Virus record (IMG/VR): IMGVR_UViG_3300042449_000993
Coordinates: 96,001-160,000 of that record
Origin: a virus
DNA: 64,000 bases
Direction: 5' to 3' (one strand)
Under the pieces are notes generated by a model. It ran no database searches, had not been told where the DNA came from, and saw nothing but the letters and a program-made list of their open reading frames with translations. This document shows, in pieces, positions 36,135 through 46,279 of this stretch (its first letter is position 1; each line of letters starts with the position of its first letter). Made by a program: the position numbers and the translations under genes.

Positions 36135-36893
36135 ATGAAAGTTTCTATCATAACCGCAACTGCGGGAAATCCTCTTCTCAAAGAATGTATCGAATCTGTA
36201 AGGGCTCAAACGTATAAAAACATTGAGCACATTATTGTTGTAGACGGAAAAAAACGATACGAAAAGTTAGATCCAAACGTTGTGATGTCTTTGTATGAAC
36301 CAACAGACTCGCAAATTAAACAGCACCTACTCGTTCTTCCATACCCAACAGGCACAGATCGCTATAATGGTCATCGTGTATATGGTGGAACAACTTATTT
36401 TGCAGATGGTGACTATCATCTCTGGTTAGATGATGATAACATGATTGAACCAACTCACGTTGAAAGTTTAGTCAATCTTGTTATAGAAAAGAAACTTCAT
36501 TGGGCATATTCTTTCCGTAAAATTATTGACAAAGATGGAAATGAAATTTGTTTAGATGACTGTGAAAGTCTTGGTAAATGGGCAAGTATCATTCACCCCC
36601 AGGATCATTTTGTAGATGTAAACTGTTACTTTGTCGCTAAACATGTTGCTGTAATGCTCTCGCCAGTATGGTATCGTAAATTCCGTGAGCCTGGTCAGAT
36701 GGAAATTGATCGTGCAATTGCTCATGTATTGATGCATTCAGATAATAAATTAAATTTTGATTGCACTCAAGAATACACTGTCAAGTATAGAGTTGGTAAT
36801 ACTGATCTATCTGTGAAAGCAGACTTTTTCTTACAGGGTAATGAAGCGATGTTGAAGCGTCATGATGGTAAACTTCCATGGAAGAAATCGTAA
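36135..36893 (+). CDS. Glycosyltransferase family 2
   Basis: VSIITAT, SVRAQTY, VVDG, LDDDN. Confidence 0.85.
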   Translation: MKVSIITATAGNPLLKECIESVRAQTYKNIEHIIVVDGKKRYEKLDPNVVMSLYEPTDSQIKQHLLVLPYPTGTDRYNGHRVYGGTTYFADGDYHLWLDDDNMIEPTHVESLVNLVIEKKLHWAYSFRKIIDKDGNEICLDDCESLGKWASIIHPQDHFVDVNCYFVAKHVAVMLSPVWYRKFREPGQMEIDRAIAHVLMHSDNKLNFDCTQEYTVKYRVGNTDLSVKADFFLQGNEAMLKRHDGKLPWKKS

Positions 36894-37025
36894 ACAAATA
36901 TATCAATAAAGTTGAAAGAGCCATTGATCATGGTCTTGATCAAGAGCGTTGGATGAATAAATCCATTTCTCAGATGAGAACCAAATTGGCATAATGGTCT
37001 TTATATAGCAGTTTTAGAAAAATAG
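36878..37025 (+). pseudogene. Internally deleted remnant of a methyltransferase paralogous to 63091..63720
   Basis: N-terminal YINKVERAID and frame-shifted C-terminal NWHNGLYIAVLEK* match the termini of the 63091 protein. Confidence 0.75.
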
Positions 37026-37034
37026 GAATTAATT

Positions 37035-37724
37035 ATGAGTGAATCAAGAAATCCATGTATTGCATCCATCTTCATGAAAAATATAGATGCAAAAACTGTA
37101 GAGAATCAACAGAAGGTTGTTGAAAAATTTAATAAAAGCAATATTCAACATTACAGTGTTCTTACTGAAGCGAATCCAGGATACACCATGGATAATCTCA
37201 TTGATATGCTAGAGAGCAGAGGGCATGATGCGATCATGTTCTTGGACATTGATTGTGTTCCGTTAAATGATGGCGCTCTCGATTATATGTTTAACAAAGC
37301 ATATGATGGTGTATTAATTGGAGATGCTCAACGAAGCAATCATATCGAAAATGGTCAGCATGTGTTTTGCGCTCCACACAATGTAACATTTACAATTGAT
37401 CTGTATCGTAATCTTGGTAATCCATCATTCTTGCCAAATTATCGCGGAGATGTTGGAGAAGAGTTGACTTTTAAAGCGAGAGAGGCTAATATTCCTATTG
37501 AGATCATTATGCCGTTGCGCTATGATGCCCCACCAATTCGCATGGATTGGGAACCAAAAGATCTTCCGCCATATTGGGATCTTGCTGATGGTATGCCGAA
37601 GTATGGTGTTGGTACAACGTTTGGTAACGATAATGGTGATTTGTTCTGGCACAATTATCAAATCTTTCATCCAGGACAACAAGAACGTTTCTGGAATAAA
37701 TGTGAGGAATTATTGAATGGCTAA
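37035..37724 (+). CDS. GT-A fold glycosyltransferase-like protein
   Basis: MFLDIDCVP DxD motif, GDVG, YG.GT. Confidence 0.6.
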   Translation: MSESRNPCIASIFMKNIDAKTVENQQKVVEKFNKSNIQHYSVLTEANPGYTMDNLIDMLESRGHDAIMFLDIDCVPLNDGALDYMFNKAYDGVLIGDAQRSNHIENGQHVFCAPHNVTFTIDLYRNLGNPSFLPNYRGDVGEELTFKAREANIPIEIIMPLRYDAPPIRMDWEPKDLPPYWDLADGMPKYGVGTTFGNDNGDLFWHNYQIFHPGQQERFWNKCEELLNG

Positions 37725-37923
37725 TCGTAGTGACTTTTTTAATGCTAAACTTCCACGTGGAATGAAGCGTATGCTTGCAATGGCTGAGACATATGGTTGG
37801 GTGAAAGATGCACACAATCGCGGTGAATTGAAGCAATTGCTCATTAATGCTCATGCTAATCATGTTGGATTTAAGTTGAAGCGACATTCAACTGAAAATC
37901 GCGATGCATCAGATGGTGAATAA
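37717..37923 (+). CDS. Hypothetical protein
   Basis: Coupled small ORF. Confidence 0.65.
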   Translation: MANRSDFFNAKLPRGMKRMLAMAETYGWVKDAHNRGELKQLLINAHANHVGFKLKRHSTENRDASDGE

Positions 37924-38192
37924 TGAACTCACTATCTGAACTCAAAGAATTATTGATCAGTAAAGAAATTGAGATCAAAGAATTCAATGGATGGTCATTG
38001 AAAGTTGGTAAAGATACTTGGGTCATGGAACATGGTATGTTATATAAAAATGGTGTACCACAAAGCCTGAGAGAAAAAAATATTTTCGACAATTACAAAA
38101 GGAAGAAACAAGATGACAATATCAGCACTCAAACTCGTAAGTGGCGAGGAATTGGTGGTAGAAATTTGCTCAGAGACGGAGAACATAATTGA
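37923..38192 (+). CDS. Hypothetical protein
   Basis: Coupled small ORF; 3' end overlaps next gene. Confidence 0.55.
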   Translation: MNSLSELKELLISKEIEIKEFNGWSLKVGKDTWVMEHGMLYKNGVPQSLREKNIFDNYKRKKQDDNISTQTRKWRGIGGRNLLRDGEHN

Positions 38193-38406
38193 GTTCAAGA
38201 ATCCTGTCGCCTGTGTGATGCAACGTTCAGAGAAGGGTCCAGTTCTTGGCTTTATGCCTTGGATGCAAGCAGGTGATGGTCCATTTGTTGTTAATAAAGA
38301 TAAAATTATTACAGCATGCGAAGTTGCCCAAGAAGTGAAAAACGGGTATAATCAAATCTTCGGAGCAGGAATTGTGGTTCCGCCGCAGCAATTGATTACG
38401 GGGTAA
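38113..38406 (+). CDS. Conserved T4-like protein (Sm-like fold)
   Basis: KLVSGEEL, F.PW, Y...FG.GIV.P. Confidence 0.75.
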   Translation: MTISALKLVSGEELVVEICSETENIIEFKNPVACVMQRSEKGPVLGFMPWMQAGDGPFVVNKDKIITACEVAQEVKNGYNQIFGAGIVVPPQQLITG

Positions 38407-38409
38407 AAC

Positions 38410-40950
38410 TTGTCCGATTTTTATACCAATGTAAGCGTCTCTGGTCGATATATTCTTCTGAGAGGCGTTGAAAATGATAGAAGGGTCAGACGGAAAGTCG
38501 AATTCCGTCCGACCTTTTTTCTTTCCAGCCAAGAGAAGTCTGAATACAAGACTCTTGCTGGTGAGAATGTAAAACCCATTCAGCCTGGAACAATTCCAGA
38601 GTGTCGTGAATTTTTAGAGAGGTACGAGAGTGTCGACAATTTTCCTATTTTTGGGAATAATCGCTATGAGTATGCTTATATTGCTGATGAGTATCCTGAC
38701 GATATTCTTTGGGATGTCAGTAAAATACTTATTGCCTATCTTGATATCGAAGTTGGATCCGAAAATGGATTTCCTGAACCAAGAGATGCAAATGAAGCAA
38801 TCACAGCAATCAGCATCAAAGTTAAGGGTAATTATTTTGTGTTTGGTTGTGGCGATTATGTCAAGCATCGTGACGACGTGCACTATGCAAAGTGTCGAGA
38901 TGAGTCAGACCTCATACGACGCTTCCTCGACCTATGGAGCCGATGGCATCCAGATGTAGTCACTGGTTGGAACGTCGAGCAATTCGATATTCCATATCTT
39001 GCAAATCGTATCACCAAGATTCTTGGTGAGGATGAAGTCAAGAAACTCTCACCCTGGAATCGTATCAGTAAACGTGAAACGACGATGATGAATCGTCCAG
39101 TGCAGTTCTATGATATTTCTGGAATTGCGATTCTTGACTACATTCAACTCTATCGAAAGTTCACTTATTCTCAGCAAGAGTCTTATCGTCTTGATAACAT
39201 TGCTCACGTTGAGTTGGGTGAAAAGAAATTAGATTATTCTGAGTTCGAAACTCTACATCAACTCTACAAACATGACTATCAAAAGTTCATTGAGTATAAT
39301 ATCAAGGACGTTGAACTTGTTGAGAAACTCGAAGATAAGATGAAGTTGATTGAGTTGGCTTTGACTCTTGCGTATGATAACAAAGTCAACTACGACGATG
39401 TGTTCACTCAAGTTCGTATGTGGGACGCGATTGTGTACAATTATCTTCTACGCAAGAAGATTGTAATCCCGCAAATGTCGCGCAGTACAAAGAGTTCTCA
39501 GTATGAAGGTGCGTATGTCAAAGATCCCATTTGCGGGATGCACGAATGGGTTGCGTCATTTGACTTGAATAGTCTGTATCCGCACTTGATCATGCAATAT
39601 AACATCTCAATGGAAACTCTCGTTGAGCCAGCGAAGTATAATGACAACATGCGTGGGTTTATTGCTAACTGTAACATCAACGTTGATAATTTACTTCATC
39701 AAGAAGTTGACACAAACATTCTAAAAGATCTTGGCGTTACTGTAACGCCGAATGGTCAGTTGTTCCGTATTCAAGAGCAAGGTGTTCTGCCTGAGATTAT
39801 GGATAGCATGTATAAAGATCGTACACGCTATAAGAAGTTGGCGATTGAAGCCAAAAAGAAAATCGAAACTGTTCTTGAAGATAAGAATCAGGTTCATTAT
39901 CTTGAGAAACAAGTTGCACGATATAATAACCTGCAGTTAGCAAAGAAGGTTACTCTAAACTCTGCTTACGGTGCACTGGGTAATCAATACTTCCGCTTCT
40001 TTGATATTCGTATCGCTGAAGGCATCACGACAGCAGGTCAATTGTCTATTCGTTGGATTGAAAAGAAGATCAACGAATATATGAACAAACTTCTCAAGAC
40101 TGAAGGTGAGGATTATGTCATTGCTTCGGATACTGACTCAATCTATTTGAACATGGGTCCATTGGTCAAGAAACTTTATCCTGATACTTCTGACACGAAG
40201 AAAGTCATCAAGTTCATGAATAAAGTTTGCGATGACAAGATTCAACCATTCATTGATGAGTCGTATGAAGAATTGAAGCAATATGTAAATGCATTTCAAC
40301 AGCGCATGGAGATGAAGCGCGAGTCACTGGCTGACAAAGCAATCTGGACTGCCAAGAAGCGTTATATTCTAAACGTTCATGATAGCGAAGGCGTCGTATA
40401 TGCCAAACCCAAACTTAAGATCATGGGGCTTGAAGCGGTTAAATCGTCTACGCCTTCGGCTTGTCGTACGAAGATTAAGGAAGCGATTAATATTGTCATG
40501 ACGCAAACTGAGGATGATCTTCACAAGTTCATTGAGAAGTTTCGTTCAGAGTTTAAAACTCTACCTGTTGAAGATATTGCATTCCCAAGATCAGTGAATG
40601 GTCTGAAAGAATATGCTGATGCTGCAAACATCTTCAAGAAGGGCACACCAATTCATGTCAAGGGTGCTTTGGTTTACAACCACTTGTTGAGAGAAATGAA
40701 ACTCAACAAACGCTATCAGGAAATTCAAGAGGGTGAGAAGATCAAGTTCATCTATTTGAAACAACCAAACATCTATAACAATAACACTCTTGCGTTCTTG
40801 TCAGGTATTCCGAAACAACTTGATGCCGAGCAATACATAGATTATGATCTTCAGTTTGAGAAATCATTTCTTGAGCCGCTGGACATTATTCTTTCTTCTA
40901 TCAATTGGCAAACTGAAAAGGTTGAAAGTCTTGAGGACTTTTTCTCATGA
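38410..40950 (+). CDS. gp43: Family B DNA polymerase
   Basis: DIEV exo I, SFDLNSLYP, K..LNSAYG, DTDS, KKRY; TTG start; uninterrupted. Confidence 0.98.
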   Translation: MSDFYTNVSVSGRYILLRGVENDRRVRRKVEFRPTFFLSSQEKSEYKTLAGENVKPIQPGTIPECREFLERYESVDNFPIFGNNRYEYAYIADEYPDDILWDVSKILIAYLDIEVGSENGFPEPRDANEAITAISIKVKGNYFVFGCGDYVKHRDDVHYAKCRDESDLIRRFLDLWSRWHPDVVTGWNVEQFDIPYLANRITKILGEDEVKKLSPWNRISKRETTMMNRPVQFYDISGIAILDYIQLYRKFTYSQQESYRLDNIAHVELGEKKLDYSEFETLHQLYKHDYQKFIEYNIKDVELVEKLEDKMKLIELALTLAYDNKVNYDDVFTQVRMWDAIVYNYLLRKKIVIPQMSRSTKSSQYEGAYVKDPICGMHEWVASFDLNSLYPHLIMQYNISMETLVEPAKYNDNMRGFIANCNINVDNLLHQEVDTNILKDLGVTVTPNGQLFRIQEQGVLPEIMDSMYKDRTRYKKLAIEAKKKIETVLEDKNQVHYLEKQVARYNNLQLAKKVTLNSAYGALGNQYFRFFDIRIAEGITTAGQLSIRWIEKKINEYMNKLLKTEGEDYVIASDTDSIYLNMGPLVKKLYPDTSDTKKVIKFMNKVCDDKIQPFIDESYEELKQYVNAFQQRMEMKRESLADKAIWTAKKRYILNVHDSEGVVYAKPKLKIMGLEAVKSSTPSACRTKIKEAINIVMTQTEDDLHKFIEKFRSEFKTLPVEDIAFPRSVNGLKEYADAANIFKKGTPIHVKGALVYNHLLREMKLNKRYQEIQEGEKIKFIYLKQPNIYNNNTLAFLSGIPKQLDAEQYIDYDLQFEKSFLEPLDIILSSINWQTEKVESLEDFFS

Positions 40951-41699
40951 TTAGCGTTATCATTCCAACAATGTGGAAAGCAGAGCATTTAAAGAAAATG
41001 CTTCCTATGCTTAATAGTCATCCTTTAATTGGAGAAATCATTCTTATCGATAATGATATGTCAAAAACTGATCATGAATTGTTAAAGCAAATTTCCAAAT
41101 TGGTTTATTGGACGTTTGATGAGGGTAACATTTTTGTGAATCCAGCATGGAATTTTGGCGCCAGTATCGCAAAGTACGATAAACTGTTTATTTTAAATGA
41201 TGATTGTTTAATTAATTTGAAATGTTTGGAAAATATTTACAATTTTGTAACACCAAAAATCGGAATGCTTGGATATTCTTTCTTGAGTTATTGTACATAT
41301 ACGATCGATGCATTCGAAACTCTTTGTAGTTCTGGATTTGGCTCAGAAATTAGTTTCGAAATTATTGATCCAGGAAAATTCCCAGATCGTTCTGGGATGC
41401 CTCATCCATTTTTTGGTTCTGCATTTTTTATTCATAAAGATAATTATCACAATATTCCAAGTGATTTTAAAATTTATTATGGTGATCTTTTTAATTACAT
41501 TCAGAATCTTAAGAATGGTTGTAACAACTATACTATTGAGGATGGATTGGTCATGTCTCAGTACTCTTCAACTGTTTCAACAATTTCGAAAGATTTGATC
41601 ATCCAAGAAAGTAAAATTTTAAAAGATGTTTTTGCATCTCATGGATTAAAAAATATTCGATATTCTCTAAAGAATATGGATGATGAAGATAAAACTTGA
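40947..41699 (+). CDS. Glycosyltransferase family 2-like
   Basis: ISVIIPT, IDN, VNPAWN.G, LNDD, YGD. Confidence 0.8.
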   Translation: MISVIIPTMWKAEHLKKMLPMLNSHPLIGEIILIDNDMSKTDHELLKQISKLVYWTFDEGNIFVNPAWNFGASIAKYDKLFILNDDCLINLKCLENIYNFVTPKIGMLGYSFLSYCTYTIDAFETLCSSGFGSEISFEIIDPGKFPDRSGMPHPFFGSAFFIHKDNYHNIPSDFKIYYGDLFNYIQNLKNGCNNYTIEDGLVMSQYSSTVSTISKDLIIQESKILKDVFASHGLKNIRYSLKNMDDEDKT

Positions 41700-41724
41700 C
41701 AAAGAATACATTTTGGGGTATAAT
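41696..41724 (+). promoter_or_regulatory. Consensus sigma70 promoter for uvsX
   Basis: TTGACA-N17-TATAAT. Confidence 0.85.
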
Positions 41725-41791
41725 AGAAACATAAGCAATCGATTATGTTGCAATTACTTTTGTTCTTGATATTAAATATAGGATAAAAACA

Positions 41792-42850
41792 ATGAGTCTA
41801 CTCGAAAAGTTAAAGAAAAATACGACGATTAAAGACACCGCAATTCTTGCGAAGTCGAAATTCTTTGCCGCAAAGGATATGGTTCAAACCAGTATCCCTG
41901 TTGTGAACGTCGCATTCTCTGGTGATCTTGATGGTGGTTTCACTCCTGGACTCACGATGTGGGCTGGTCCATCGAAGCACTTCAAGACTGCATTCAGTCT
42001 CTTGATGGCAAAAGCATATCAAGACAAGTATCCTGATTCTGTTGTTCTGTTCTATGACTCAGAATTTGGCACTCCGCAAAACTATTTCACTTCGTTTGGT
42101 ATTGATACCGATCGCGTTGTTCATACTCCAATCACGGACGTTGAGCAATTGAAGTTTGATATTATGCAACAGTTGACTCAGATTGAGCGTGGCGAGCGCG
42201 TGATGATCGTCATCGACTCAATTGGTAATCTGGCTTCAAAGAAAGAAGTTGAGGATGCGTTAGACGGTAAGTCAGTGGCTGACATGAGTCGCGCAAAGCA
42301 AATTAAATCCCTGTTCCGTATGGTGACCCCACACCTTACACTGAAGGACATTCCGATGGTGGTTGTAAATCATACCTATAAAGAGATAGGTCTGTATCCC
42401 AAGGATATTGTCGGTGGCGGAACAGGTTCCTATTACTCTGCTGATAATATTTACATTCTCGGTCGCCAACAGGAAAAAGATGGCACTGATCTAATCGGTT
42501 ACAACTTTATTATCAACGTTGAGAAGTCTCGTTATGTTCGTGAAAAAGCAAAGATCCCTGTCACTGTTCGTTTCGATGGTGGCATTTCTAAGTACAGTGG
42601 TCTTCTTGACATGGCACTTGAGTCTGGTCATGTTACAAAGCCAAATGTAGGCTGGTATGCTAAAGTCAATACTGAAACTGGCGAGGTTGAATCCAAGAAA
42701 TGGCGTTTGGCAGATACTGAATCACCAGAATTTTGGGATAGTATTTTGACAAGTGATTCGTTTAAAGAATGGGTTCGCAATAATTATCAATTCAGTTCTG
42801 CTGTTGCTGGTAATCTTTCAGTTGATGTAGAAGAGGCTGAAGATGATTGA
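41792..42850 (+). CDS. uvsX: RecA-like recombinase UvsX
   Basis: GPSKHFKT, YDSEFG, DSIGNLAS.KE, NHTY, GGTG. Confidence 0.97.
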   Translation: MSLLEKLKKNTTIKDTAILAKSKFFAAKDMVQTSIPVVNVAFSGDLDGGFTPGLTMWAGPSKHFKTAFSLLMAKAYQDKYPDSVVLFYDSEFGTPQNYFTSFGIDTDRVVHTPITDVEQLKFDIMQQLTQIERGERVMIVIDSIGNLASKKEVEDALDGKSVADMSRAKQIKSLFRMVTPHLTLKDIPMVVVNHTYKEIGLYPKDIVGGGTGSYYSADNIYILGRQQEKDGTDLIGYNFIINVEKSRYVREKAKIPVTVRFDGGISKYSGLLDMALESGHVTKPNVGWYAKVNTETGEVESKKWRLADTESPEFWDSILTSDSFKEWVRNNYQFSSAVAGNLSVDVEEAEDD

Positions 42851-43310
42851 GAATCTAATCGCCAAACTTGAGTTTTGGTACGTCAAAAAATTCTTTAAAG
42901 TTGACAAGCAATACACCTTCTTTGTGGATCTTAATGGTCCACCAGGAAGTTTTGCTATTAAATTCTTGGGCAAATATGAAGGTGTAATCGTAGAATTTAC
43001 TGACGTCAAAGTGAGTGATGGTGGTTTATTGAATTTTGATTATGATGTTATCTCAAATGTAAACAATGTAAACGTCAAAAGCAAATCATTTGTGCGATTT
43101 ACTTCTAACGTGATGCGTAGTATACTTCTGAATGCAATTGAAAATACAGTGAAGGAAGGCAATGAAAACGGAAACATTGATTTTGTCGAATCTGATGCGG
43201 AACGAGTCTTTCATGAGGAAGACCTTGCCCTTTCTGAAGAAAGAGTATCTGACAGAAAGTCACGAAAGAAAACTATTCGAGGAAATAAGAGAGTTCATTC
43301 TAAAGTATAA
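42843..43310 (+). CDS. Probable head-vertex assembly chaperone (gp40-like)
   Basis: Position between uvsX and 41; G.YEGVIV...V......LNFDYD pattern. Confidence 0.5.
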   Translation: MIENLIAKLEFWYVKKFFKVDKQYTFFVDLNGPPGSFAIKFLGKYEGVIVEFTDVKVSDGGLLNFDYDVISNVNNVNVKSKSFVRFTSNVMRSILLNAIENTVKEGNENGNIDFVESDAERVFHEEDLALSEERVSDRKSRKKTIRGNKRVHSKV

Positions 43311-44538
43311 CAGTCTGCCGCCAACAGCAGCACTGGAGATTAGTCTAAAAGAATCTACCAAACTCACAGAAGTTGAGTTAAATAAGTCGCTTGAACTGCT
43401 AAAGGAAATATCAAGTGACAAATCAGAACAAAAACTCGAATGGCTTCTTGACACTGCGGAAAAGTTTTGTCAAGAAAAAGCAATCTATAATGCAATCATG
43501 GATAGTATTCAGATCCTGGATGGCAAAGATCAAGCGAGGGGCAAAGGAAGCATTCCTACTCTTTTGTCTGATGCTTTGGGGGTTAGTTTCGATCCTCACA
43601 TTGGTCACGACTTTTTGGATAGTTACGCTGATCGCTACGATTTTTATCATCGTATCGAAAAAAGAATTCCCTTCGATCTGGAGTATTTCAACAAGATCAC
43701 TAAAGGAGGATTACCGCAAAAGACCCTTAACATTGCTCTTGCAGGTACTGGCGTCGGCAAGTCTCTGTTTATGTGCCATGTGGCTGCTTCTTGCCTAACT
43801 CAGAACTATAACGTCCTCTATATTACTCTTGAAATGGCTGAAGAGAAGATCGCTGAACGTATTGATGCGAATCTTCTCAATGTAACTCTTGATGATCTCA
43901 TGAACATGCCGAAAGACATGTATGAGAAACGTATGAATAAACTCAAAACTTCCGTCAAGGGTAAGTTAATCATTAAGGAATATCCAACTGCTTCTGCGAA
44001 TCCTGCTCACTTCCGAGCATTGATCAACGATCTGGCTCTCAAGAAAAACTTCCGTCCAGATATTATCTTTGTTGACTATCTAAATATTTGTGCATCTTCA
44101 AGAATTAAGGCAGGTGCGAATGTTAACTCGTACACATACATTAAAGCGATCGCTGAGGAACTTCGTGGACTCGCGGTTGAGAACGCCGTACCTATTTTTT
44201 CAGCTACTCAGACAACTCGCTCAGGATTTAGTAACTCTGATCCTGGGTTGGAAGACACTTCAGAGAGTTTTGGTCTCCCTGCTACTGCTGATTTCATGTT
44301 TGCTCTTGTTAGCACTGAAGAACTGCAGCAGTTAAATCAGATTCTCGTCAAGCAGTTGAAGAATCGTTATAATGATCCGAATCTTCACAAGAGATTCACG
44401 ATTGGTATTGATCGAGCGAAGATGAAACTTTATGATCTTGAGCAGAAAGCACAAGATGCTGTAATGCAGGAAAACGAATCAAAGCCTGTTTTTGATCGTG
44501 GTCGAAGCACAGATAAGTTTAAGAATCTGAAAGTGTAA
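43162..44538 (+). CDS. gp41: Replicative DnaB-like helicase
   Basis: AGTGVGKS, TLEMAEE, DYLNI, ATQT.R, SESFGLP.TAD, QLKNRY. Confidence 0.97.
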   Translation: MKTETLILSNLMRNESFMRKTLPFLKKEYLTESHERKLFEEIREFILKYNSLPPTAALEISLKESTKLTEVELNKSLELLKEISSDKSEQKLEWLLDTAEKFCQEKAIYNAIMDSIQILDGKDQARGKGSIPTLLSDALGVSFDPHIGHDFLDSYADRYDFYHRIEKRIPFDLEYFNKITKGGLPQKTLNIALAGTGVGKSLFMCHVAASCLTQNYNVLYITLEMAEEKIAERIDANLLNVTLDDLMNMPKDMYEKRMNKLKTSVKGKLIIKEYPTASANPAHFRALINDLALKKNFRPDIIFVDYLNICASSRIKAGANVNSYTYIKAIAEELRGLAVENAVPIFSATQTTRSGFSNSDPGLEDTSESFGLPATADFMFALVSTEELQQLNQILVKQLKNRYNDPNLHKRFTIGIDRAKMKLYDLEQKAQDAVMQENESKPVFDRGRSTDKFKNLKV

Positions 44539-45155
44539 TGCAACTCAAGAAAATAGAAAAAAAGGTCTATGCTCTTGCCGAAACTTGGGTCGGAGAGAAA
44601 CATATTCCTTCTATGATTCGACAACTAAACAAAGCATTTAAATCTTACATTGTTTGTTTCTCATCAGAACGATTTGATGATGAATACTATCCCGATCATA
44701 ATGTGATTGTCAACGGACATTACTGTGTGAGAATCTCGGATATAATTCCTGAGCACATTTACATTTGCCTAAACTTTCCTGAAGATTCAAAGAAAGCAAT
44801 CATAACTGAAGAGGGTGCACGAAATCTAGCAATAAAAATTATTCGTGCGATTCATCATGAGTATCGCCACAAGCATCAACAAAAGCAACGTCCATTGCTG
44901 CTTCAAAAAGAATATAAGCCAAAACCAAAACAGAATAAGATGAAGGCTATGTATTATGGCAATCCAGACGAGTTAGATGCGCATGCATATGAAACACAGG
45001 CTGAGAAATTCGATATAAATAAACTTCGAAAGGCACATAAGATTGGTTGGAGAGAATGCGAAGCCATTTTTATGTATCGTAAGCACTTTCGAAAGCAAGA
45101 TCCTAAAGTCTGGAAAAAGTTTTTAAAGAAAGTCTATAGACTTAATGCGAATTAA
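44538..45155 (+). CDS. Hypothetical protein with zincin-like HExxH motif
   Basis: HHEYRHKHQ, YYGNPDELDAHA. Confidence 0.6.
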   Translation: MQLKKIEKKVYALAETWVGEKHIPSMIRQLNKAFKSYIVCFSSERFDDEYYPDHNVIVNGHYCVRISDIIPEHIYICLNFPEDSKKAIITEEGARNLAIKIIRAIHHEYRHKHQQKQRPLLLQKEYKPKPKQNKMKAMYYGNPDELDAHAYETQAEKFDINKLRKAHKIGWRECEAIFMYRKHFRKQDPKVWKKFLKKVYRLNAN

Positions 45156-45166
45156 AGGTAACAATA

Positions 45167-45355
45167 ATGGCAAACTTAAATAACTATGCTCGAAAAAAAG
45201 CAGAAGTGGATAAAGAAAAGGCTAAAATTCGCAAAGAAGCAGACGCATTAATTCAAAAAATTTATAGAGAATCTAAAAAGCCCCAAACAGACTATCAAGT
45301 GATTGCAAAAATCGTATCTGATCTTAAAATGAGACTTGATAAGATTGTAGATTAA
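45167..45355 (+). CDS. Hypothetical coiled-coil protein
   Basis: 62 aa ORF with RBS. Confidence 0.6.
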   Translation: MANLNNYARKKAEVDKEKAKIRKEADALIQKIYRESKKPQTDYQVIAKIVSDLKMRLDKIVD

Positions 45356-45394
45356 TTATTCTACAATTTGTAATTAATCTGGAGTGATATAATT

Positions 45395-46279
45395 ATGAGA
45401 AAGGGGATTATTCTATCTGGTGGAATGGGCACTCGTCTTTACCCATGCACCGAAGTAACATCAAAACAACTTCTTCCTGTATATGATAAACCATTAGTTT
45501 ATTATCCATTATCAACACTGATGATGGCTGGTATTCGCGATATTATGATCGTGAATTCACCAAATGATTCAGAAGCATTTAAACGTCTTTGTGGAGATGG
45601 TTCTCAATGGGGAATCAATATCTCATATTGCATTCAGAAAGAACCAAAAGGTATTGCTGAATGTTTTCGTATTTGTGAAAAGTGGATTGGAGAAGATGAT
45701 GTTACTCTAATTCTTGGAGATAATATTTTCTACGGCAATGAATTGATCAATCGATTCAATTCAGCAACTTGGAATAATGTTGGCTGCACTCTGTTTGCAT
45801 ATCACGTGAGTGATCCTGAACGATTTGGTGTGGTTGAAGTTAATGAACATGGAGATATTATTGGGATTATTGAAAAACCAAAATATCCTCCAAGCAATTA
45901 TGCAGTCACTGGACTTTACTTTTACGACAATAAAGTAGTAGACTATGCATGGCAGATCTCTCCTTCAGCAAGAGGTGAGTTAGAAATTACAGATATCAAT
46001 AATTTGTATTTGAAGAATCATGATGTAAAGGTTGAGTATCTTAATCGTGGTATTGCTTGGATTGATACTGGCACATTCGAATCTCTTGCTGAGGCATCAA
46101 CCTTCGTTGGTTCTGTTCAGCGTAGAACAGGAATGATGATTGCTTGCCCAGAAGAAATTGCATTTAAGAATGCGTGGATTACTGAGAATCAAGTTCGTGC
46201 ATCAGCAGACAAATATCATAAATCAGATTATGGCAAGTATTTGAGCAAAATTTTGAATATTCATGAGTATAAGAAATGA
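45395..46279 (+). CDS. rfbA: Glucose-1-phosphate thymidylyltransferase
   Basis: GIILSGG.GTRLYP, SKQLLPVYDKP, LGDN, EKP, SARGELEITD, WIDTGT. Confidence 0.95.
   Translation: MRKGIILSGGMGTRLYPCTEVTSKQLLPVYDKPLVYYPLSTLMMAGIRDIMIVNSPNDSEAFKRLCGDGSQWGINISYCIQKEPKGIAECFRICEKWIGEDDVTLILGDNIFYGNELINRFNSATWNNVGCTLFAYHVSDPERFGVVEVNEHGDIIGIIEKPKYPPSNYAVTGLYFYDNKVVDYAWQISPSARGELEITDINNLYLKNHDVKVEYLNRGIAWIDTGTFESLAEASTFVGSVQRRTGMMIACPEEIAFKNAWITENQVRASADKYHKSDYGKYLSKILNIHEYKK

Noticed and set aside
38410-44538. Introns or inteins in gp43, uvsX or gp41
   Set aside because: All are uninterrupted and of normal length
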